Assembly (NCBI GenBank): GCA_022844585.1
Contig: JALHLM010000002.1
Coordinates: 1-43,315, forward strand
Direction of reading: 5' to 3'
DNA: 43,315 bases
Source of the DNA: Pirellulales bacterium
GTDB taxonomy: Bacteria; Planctomycetota; Planctomycetia; Pirellulales; JALHLM01
This document shows, in pieces, positions 37,680 to 43,315 of this stretch; the first letter of the stretch is position 1; each line of letters starts with the position of its first letter. A model generated the notes under the pieces. That model saw only the letters and a list, made by a program, of their open reading frames with translations, was not told the DNA's origin and searched no databases. Made by a program: the position numbers and the translations under genes.

Positions 37680-38093
37680 TTAACTCTCCGCGATGCGGTT
37701 AAGTCCGTCTAGCAGCGCGGTGACTTCTGGTTGCTTGAACAATCCGGCGAGCTGTTGCCGAATGGGGTCGCTGATTTTCCAAAGTCGTTGATACGTCTTT
37801 CGTCCCTTGGCGGTGAGGGTCACGCTGCGGGCGCGACCGTCGGTCGGGTTGGGGCGGCGCGCGACGAGTCCCTGCTTTTCCAACAGCACCAACATCGCGC
37901 GGATGGTATTGGGATCGGACGACGCGCGCCGGCCGAGTTCCTGTTGGGTGATTTGATCCCCTTCGGCCAGGATCGACAGCAATACGAATTGATCCGCCGT
38001 CACGCCTCCCTTGGCGAGTTGCGCGTCGGCCTGGCGATGCATCGCCCAATATGCCCGGCGCAGCCCCATCGCGATCTCATGTCCCCGGTCCAA
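37680..38093 (-). CDS. MarR-family transcriptional regulator
   Basis: 137 aa from a TTG start at 38091-38093; an alternative ATG lies at 38067-38069. The winged-helix pattern is GVTADQFVLLSILAEGDQITQQELGRRASSDPNTIRAMLVLLEKQGLVAR. Confidence 0.85.
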   Translation of the reverse strand: MDRGHEIAMGLRRAYWAMHRQADAQLAKGGVTADQFVLLSILAEGDQITQQELGRRASSDPNTIRAMLVLLEKQGLVARRPNPTDGRARSVTLTAKGRKTYQRLWKISDPIRQQLAGLFKQPEVTALLDGLNRIAES

Positions 38094-38107
38094 ACCGCCA
38101 CCTCGCG

Positions 38108-38138
38108 CCAGTTACGACGTATACGTACCAGTTGTAAC
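38108..38138. promoter_or_regulatory. palindromic candidate operator upstream of the MarR gene
   Basis: The perfect 10-bp palindrome ACGTATACGT (38117-38126) is flanked by GTTAC/GTAAC (38111-38115 and 38134-38138). It lies 15-45 nt upstream of the MarR start. Confidence 0.35.
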
Positions 38139-38215
38139 CGCGAAGTCTAACCAGGGTTTCGCGGGTTGGCAAGAAATTTCGCGAATCGAAGAAGGAGGGC
38201 GAACGACTCGAAACA

Positions 38216-38304
38216 TAGAGCCGGAAGCGTCGGCGCCCGGAGAGAGTCCAAACGAAGCGCCGATTTACTTGGCCCCGCTCCGGGCGCTGACGCTTCCGGC
38301 TCTA
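38216..38304. repeat. complete hairpin copy of the TAGAGCCGGAAGCGTC(A/G)GCGCCCGGAG family
   Basis: The 27-nt arms at 38216-38242 and 38278-38304 are complementary except for one G:T position. The loop is 35 nt. The right arm contains the TAG stop (38302-38304, minus strand) of the oxidoreductase gene. Confidence 0.9.
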
Positions 38305-39300
38305 AGACGATAAATCCGCCCAGTCACCGCTTCGGGTAGAACGCAGCACCGCGGCGGTCCAGTCGTGCGTGGCGAGCGCGCAGGAGGCCGGCGAAACCGT
38401 CGGTTCGCGGGTCAGCACTGCGTCGATGAATGCACGATCCGGGTCGCTGTCCGGCAGCAGGTCTGGGACTGGTTCGAGCACGTTATTCTTCGCGCGGAAT
38501 AGATGCGGGTCGTAGAACTTCTCGCTGCGCAACAGCAGGTCGGCGTCGCGACAGTGGAAGGTGATTTCTTCGCGCCAATGGTTTGCATCGCCGACGAAGT
38601 GCGCGACGAGTTGCACGCCGTCGGCAAACTGCGCGATCGCGCGCGTGACAATCTCGACGCGGCTCTCGCGCTGGTCGCTGAACGCCAACACGCGTTGCGC
38701 TGTTTGGCCGGTGACGTAATGCACGATATCGATCTGATGACTGCCGGCGTCGCCGAAGTAGCCGGCGCCGAGCGCGGGGTCGTCGCGCCAGGTGCCGCGG
38801 ATGGTCTGTTGCCAGCGTTCGCAGACGAAGACATGGATCTCGCGCAGCGGCCCGTACCACTCGGCGCGCTCGGTGAGTTCGCGTCGCGCGGTGCGATACG
38901 CCGCCATGTACCGTCGCTGATAAGAAACAGAAAGAATGCGACCAAGCTCTGCGCTACGTTCGGCGAGCCGCGCGATCCGTTCCCGCTCCGGCGCGAGCGG
39001 CTTTTCGCAAAGCACGTCGACGCTCCGTTCCAGCGCCGCGGTCGCCTGGTCGAAATGCAGCCCGGTCGGCGTGCAGATCACGATGCCGTCGACCGGATGC
39101 CGGCCCAGCAAGATGCCAAGCCCGTCGGTGGTGGCCTCGGCCGTCGGCGCGAGCTGACTACGCAGCATGTCGGCCGTCGCCTGATGGGCGTCGGCGACGT
39201 AAACCAGCCGCACGCGCTGATCTGCCCGTAAACGCTGGGCGTGCAAACGTCCGACCGCGCCGCAGCCTAGCAATCCAATGCGAATCAATCGTTCGGCCAT
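38302..39300 (-). CDS. Gfo/Idh/MocA-family NAD(P)-dependent oxidoreductase
   Basis: I trimmed ORF 38302..39378 to the ATG at 39298-39300 (MAERLIRIGLLGCGAVGRLHAQRL), which is a Rossmann GxGxxG motif. EKPL is at the expected position. Confidence 0.85.
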   Translation of the reverse strand: MAERLIRIGLLGCGAVGRLHAQRLRADQRVRLVYVADAHQATADMLRSQLAPTAEATTDGLGILLGRHPVDGIVICTPTGLHFDQATAALERSVDVLCEKPLAPERERIARLAERSAELGRILSVSYQRRYMAAYRTARRELTERAEWYGPLREIHVFVCERWQQTIRGTWRDDPALGAGYFGDAGSHQIDIVHYVTGQTAQRVLAFSDQRESRVEIVTRAIAQFADGVQLVAHFVGDANHWREEITFHCRDADLLLRSEKFYDPHLFRAKNNVLEPVPDLLPDSDPDRAFIDAVLTREPTVSPASCALATHDWTAAVLRSTRSGDWADLSS

Positions 39301-39469
39301 CGATTCTGTTGCTCCGAAACGGAAATCTTGGATATCCGCCTCTGAATGTAGTGTTGACGTCGGTTGCAATGATCCCATGCAGCGCAGCTACGACGAATCT
39401 CGCCGTTCACACCTACCACCTTTGAGTGATGCCACGACGTGCTGTGAAAAGCCCATCCGTTCACTAAAG

Positions 39470-39498
39470 TTGACATTGAATAGCGCGCTGAATAAGCT
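39470..39498 (+). promoter_or_regulatory. sigma70-like promoter candidate driving a long leader of the response-regulator gene
   Basis: TTGACA (39470-39475), a 17-nt spacer, then TAAGCT (39493-39498). It lies about 270 nt upstream of the ATG at 39772. Confidence 0.4.
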
Positions 39499-39771
39499 AA
39501 TCCTAACGAGTGGTACGCAGCCCGAAACGGGGGGGTTGATCGTTCGATATAAATTGGCCTCAGCAGCTAGTCGACCTCCGTGGCCAAGTTCCTGAACCGA
39601 CCCGTTTTCTTGCTCTCCGCGAACGTCGCGGACAGGCGTGAGCAAGCCGCCTTGAGAGTTCTCGCTCGAATTAGTGTTGCCGGCTAGTCCTACGTAACGC
39701 AGTGCGATTCCTCGCCGTGTATTTGTTTTCCGTATGCGGCGCGAATCGAGGAATGATCCGGAGAGAGGCTC

Positions 39772-40404
39772 ATGTCTATCCGAGTCGTCGTGGCGGATGA
39801 TCATGAGATCATTCGCGAAGGCTTGATCTCGTTATTGAGCGAATCCGAAGTCGAAATAGTGGGGATGGCCGCGGACGGTGAGTCCGCGATCAACCTGGCG
39901 CGCGAACGCCGCCCCGACGTGCTATTGCTTGACGTCCGGATGCCCGTTTTGGACGGACTCGACGCGTTGGCGCGGATCAAGTCGGAATTGCCTGAGCAAA
40001 TAGTGCTCATGATGTCGAGCTATGACCACCCCGGCTACGCCGCGCGGGCGGTCTCGCTGGGCGCCAGTGGATATGTGCTCAAGGATGCGCCGCGCGATGA
40101 ATTGCTCACGGCCGTACGCCGAGCCGCGCTCGGGCAAGACCTCTGGTCGCGCGAGAAACTGCGCCGCGTCACCGGCGCGCGGGTCATGCCGCAGGAGACG
40201 TCGCACGAGGACGTCAATCTGACCAAGCGCGAATGGGACGTGCTGAAGCTGTTGGCCGACGGCCAAACCAACCGGCAGATCGGCGACCATTTGCAGATCA
40301 GCCCGGAAACAGTCAAAGAGCACGTGAAGCACCTGCTGACCAAGATCGGCGTCGCGGATCGCACCCAGGCGGCTGTCTGGGCCGTGCGGCACGACCTGCT
40401 GTAG
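39772..40404 (+). CDS. NarL/LuxR-family response regulator (REC + HTH_LuxR)
   Basis: 210 aa with GGAGAGAGG upstream. The receiver domain is VVVADDHEIIREGL...DVLLLDVRMPVLDG. The HTH is LTKREWDVLKLLADGQTNRQIGDHLQISPETVKEHVKHLLTKIGV. No histidine kinase gene is present in the window. Confidence 0.9.
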   Translation: MSIRVVVADDHEIIREGLISLLSESEVEIVGMAADGESAINLARERRPDVLLLDVRMPVLDGLDALARIKSELPEQIVLMMSSYDHPGYAARAVSLGASGYVLKDAPRDELLTAVRRAALGQDLWSREKLRRVTGARVMPQETSHEDVNLTKREWDVLKLLADGQTNRQIGDHLQISPETVKEHVKHLLTKIGVADRTQAAVWAVRHDLL

Positions 40405-40437
40405 GTCGCGCTTCGCCTACCCCCATCTACGTAACGG

Positions 40438-40522
40438 CACTAGCCCGACGCGCCAGCGAGGGAGAGTAAGCGCCGCTCGGTGTTCTGCGTCTACGCCCTC
40501 TCGCTGGCGCGTCGGGCTAGTG
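40438..40522. repeat. second hairpin copy of the GCGCCAGCGAGGG family
   Basis: CACTAGCCCGACGCGCCAGCGAG (40438-40460) pairs perfectly with 40500-40522, a 23-bp stem. The arm core, CCCGAcGCGCCAGCGAGGG, matches the 34307 copy. It lies 33 nt downstream of the response-regulator stop. Confidence 0.9.
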
Positions 40523-40652
40523 TACACGCTCCCCTGGGATTTTAGGCAATCTCTCAAGCCGCATTGACCCTGCGTGGGGATTTGGGGTACAAGTTCGCGC
40601 TGGCGTACTTCCCGCCAGCGCCTGCGCGTTATGGACGACGCGCGCCTTGAGA

Positions 40653-43205
40653 ATGGATGCTCACGTGGCGTCAAAGCCAGAAGGTCATGCGACCGTCGCC
40701 TCGGATTCCGATCCGAAAGCCGGCCGGTTCGCGCGCTTGTTGGCGCCCCTCAAGGCGGTGACGGGGATCTTGGGCAAGTTGGCGCGAATTGGCGCCGTGT
40801 TCGGCGGCCTGCTGAAGGTAATCCCGAAGAGCCTCGCCTGGGCCAAGAGCCACAAGCTGATCGCGATCGTCGCCCTGGTCGTCATTCTGGTTTCCGGCAA
40901 TGGCTTCGCCTGGTGGATGCTGACCGAAGAGGCCGCGCCTCCGCCTCCGCCGGAAACCATTCAAGACGCACTCTTGGCCCTCGATAAGAGCGATTGGGCC
41001 GAAGCAAAACGGATCGTGGAAGTCGTTGCCGCCGATGAAACCGTCGACTTCGACACCTTTGGCGGCGTGCCGTTCATTCAGGCGACCGTGGAACTGTATG
41101 AGCGGGAACAGGCGCAGGCTGAAGGCTCCCTCGTCGATGACGTGCGAATCGCGCAGCTGCTGCAAACCGCTCGAGAGCGTGGCTTTCCGGAAGGGCGTAC
41201 GGCGCAAGGACTGTACTTGCTCGGCCGCGTATTAGCCCGCACCGGTCAATTCGCCGCGGCGCGCGAGGTATTAACCGAAGCCTTGGACGCCGGCGCGCCG
41301 CCGAAGGCGGTGCTATTGAATCTCTCGGAAGCCTGGTCCGTCGATCCGCGCCCCGATTTCGCCAAAGCCCGGCAAGTGTTGGATGAATATCTGGCCGACA
41401 GCGAGTTGACCGACGTCGAACGCCAGTGGGGATTGATTGAGCTGGCGCGCCAACAATTGGGCCAGGGAGATCTCGCCGGCTGCCGCAAGACGCTGGGCAG
41501 CTTCGATCCGGCGCAGGAAATCGTGCCCGCGTCGCACTTGCTTGTCGGGCGCGCCGCGATGGCGGAGGCGCGCTTGCTTCCCGTGCCGGCCGCTCCCGCG
41601 ACAGATGCGGAAGCCGACAGTCCGCGCACCAAGCTCTATGAACAGGCGCTCGAAGCGCTGAGCAAGGTCACGGGACAAGATCGCGCCGCATTGGCCTGGC
41701 GGCGTTTGAGCATGTATTTCAGCGGGGCGTGCCTGGCCGAACTTGGCAAAACCGAGGATGCCATCGCGCAGTTCTCGCGCTTGCGCCGGCAATTCTCCAC
41801 GTCGTACGAGGCGCTCTTCGCCGGCCTGGAAGAAGCTGAGTTGCTGCGATCCCAAGGACGCCATGAAGAAGCTATCGGAATGATGGCGTCGGTGTTCAAG
41901 CAACTCCCGCCGTCGGAAGAAATCGACCATCCGCACTTGCCGGACCTGGCGCCCAAGGATCGCGTGCGGCGGAACTACGAAGACTATCTGGCGAAGGCCG
42001 ACTACACCTCGGCCATTCAACTGCTCAACGCCGGCACGTCGGCGCTTGGCGACGAAACGACCTGGGAATTGAAAGCTTCGCTCTATCAGAAGTGGGGCCG
42101 GGCGTTGTTGGCCGAGGCCGAACAACATGCGCTCAAGGAAGGCGAGCCCCTTGCCCAGGAAGGCCGCCGACATCTTCGCCAGGCGGGCGGGGCGTTTCGC
42201 GAGTTGGCCGCGCTCCACTTCTCCAATCGCAAGTACCCGGAAGACGTCTGGAACAGCGCGGAGTCGTTCGCCATCGGCCGCGATTACGCCAGCGCCGCGG
42301 AGCAGTATCGCAAGTACATCGAGTTCAACACGCCACGACGCCGTGCCGAGGCGCTGTTCGGGCTGGCGAGCGCCTTGTTGGCCGACGGTCGGCTGAGCGA
42401 TGCGCTGGAGAGCGTGACCGAGATGATCCGTTCCTACCCGCGCAACCCCGGCGTTTATGCCGCGCGATTGCTGGCGAGCCGCATCTATTCCGAACTCGGC
42501 GACGGCGCCCATGCCGAGGAAATGTTGCGGGCCAATCTCGAAGGCGGACAGCTCGCTCCGGAAAGCAACGAATGGCGCGATTCCCTCTTTGCGCTCGGCG
42601 CATTGCTCTACCGTGAACAGCGTCCCGCGGAGGCCCTCGCCCCGCTGAACGAGGCGGTCCGGCGTTGGCCGACGGCGCCGCAGTCGATCGACGCCTATTA
42701 CCTGCTCGCGGAGTGCGGTCGCCAGCAAGCCGATGAACTGCGTACCGCGGCCCTGTCCGCGAGCGTTCCGAGCGAGCGGACCGCGCGATTGCGCGAGGTC
42801 GACACGCTGGCCCTCACCGCGCTCGGCAACTACGAACGGGTCCGCGGGCTGCTCGAACAACGGAGCGATCGCGAGCTGTTGCCGCCCATCGACCAGTCCA
42901 CGTTGCGAAATTGCTATTTCGGCCGCGGGGCGATGCTGCAACAGTTGGGCCGCTACGAGGAGGCTGTCCAGGCCTACGCGGACGCCACGAATCGGTATCA
43001 GTACGCGCCGGAGGCCCTCGACGCCTACGTGCAAGCGGCGGAATGCCTCCGCCGTTTGAATCGCGCGGCGGACGCTCGCGGCACGCTGGAGCAAGCCAAA
43101 GTGGCGCTGGCCAGAATCGCCGCCGACGCGGATTTCGCCGCCACGACGAATCACACACGCGCGGAGTGGACGGAGAAGTTGGATTGGCTGAGTAGGAATC
43201 TTTGA
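40653..43205 (+). CDS. membrane-anchored tetratricopeptide-repeat protein
   Basis: ORF 40647..43205 begins at TTG; an ATG lies at 40653. It has an N-terminal TM (LIAIVALVVILVSGNGFAWWML). The rest is about 750 aa of TPR-like helical repeats with recurring A..Y..A / G.Y.EA patterns. Confidence 0.8.
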   Translation: MDAHVASKPEGHATVASDSDPKAGRFARLLAPLKAVTGILGKLARIGAVFGGLLKVIPKSLAWAKSHKLIAIVALVVILVSGNGFAWWMLTEEAAPPPPPETIQDALLALDKSDWAEAKRIVEVVAADETVDFDTFGGVPFIQATVELYEREQAQAEGSLVDDVRIAQLLQTARERGFPEGRTAQGLYLLGRVLARTGQFAAAREVLTEALDAGAPPKAVLLNLSEAWSVDPRPDFAKARQVLDEYLADSELTDVERQWGLIELARQQLGQGDLAGCRKTLGSFDPAQEIVPASHLLVGRAAMAEARLLPVPAAPATDAEADSPRTKLYEQALEALSKVTGQDRAALAWRRLSMYFSGACLAELGKTEDAIAQFSRLRRQFSTSYEALFAGLEEAELLRSQGRHEEAIGMMASVFKQLPPSEEIDHPHLPDLAPKDRVRRNYEDYLAKADYTSAIQLLNAGTSALGDETTWELKASLYQKWGRALLAEAEQHALKEGEPLAQEGRRHLRQAGGAFRELAALHFSNRKYPEDVWNSAESFAIGRDYASAAEQYRKYIEFNTPRRRAEALFGLASALLADGRLSDALESVTEMIRSYPRNPGVYAARLLASRIYSELGDGAHAEEMLRANLEGGQLAPESNEWRDSLFALGALLYREQRPAEALAPLNEAVRRWPTAPQSIDAYYLLAECGRQQADELRTAALSASVPSERTARLREVDTLALTALGNYERVRGLLEQRSDRELLPPIDQSTLRNCYFGRGAMLQQLGRYEEAVQAYADATNRYQYAPEALDAYVQAAECLRRLNRAADARGTLEQAKVALARIAADADFAATTNHTRAEWTEKLDWLSRNL

Positions 43206-43255
43206 GGGAGTAGGTGGAGTAGTTAGTAGGTGGAATGGCTAATGAGTGAATTTAA

Positions 43256-43301
43256 GCCCCGACAGGGGCGACCGTCAGTAGCCAGGGGTGGAAACCCCTG
43301 G
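43256..43301. repeat. paired small GC hairpins at the window edge
   Basis: The hairpins are GCCCC-gaca-GGGGC (43256-43269) and CCAGGGG-tggaaa-CCCCTGG (43282-43301). They follow a GTAGG/GGTGGA-rich tract after the TPR gene stop. The element may continue beyond the window. Confidence 0.6.
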
Positions 43302-43315
43302 CATTGGGCTATCAA

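Overview
This is a high-GC chromosomal window whose gene content looks like Planctomycetota (Pirellulales-like): DUF1501, tandem DUF1080, a PVC-type CxxCH dehydrogenase, and many palindromic intergenic repeats. I call about 40 protein genes and one tRNA-Phe. I saw no rRNA, CRISPR array, integrase or transposase.

The centre of the window is the replication-initiation cluster on the minus strand: dnaA, dnaN, a DUF721/DciA-like gene and gyrB, with no recF.
- The DnaA is only 361 aa (AAA+ domain plus DNA-binding domain). There is no room upstream for domains I and II.
- The 378-bp dnaA-dnaN spacer is the best oriC candidate.

Other notable content:
- An ExbB-ExbD motor operon with an unknown membrane anchor in the TonB position and a secreted alpha/alpha-toroid + HEAT protein.
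- A HEPN two-gene cassette with a non-canonical partner, directly 3' of tRNA-Phe.
- A ParD/ParE toxin-antitoxin pair.
- A visibly lower-GC islet carrying an orphan antitoxin fragment and an unknown gene.
- A zinc-ribbon/transmembrane protein ending in a DNA-ligase-like OB domain.
- A PncC-like/NadD-like fusion.

The clearest unannotated structure is at least six families of long palindromic or inverted-repeat elements in intergenic spacers. Three of them contain the stop codon of the adjacent gene. All functional calls come from motif recognition by eye. No database search was run.
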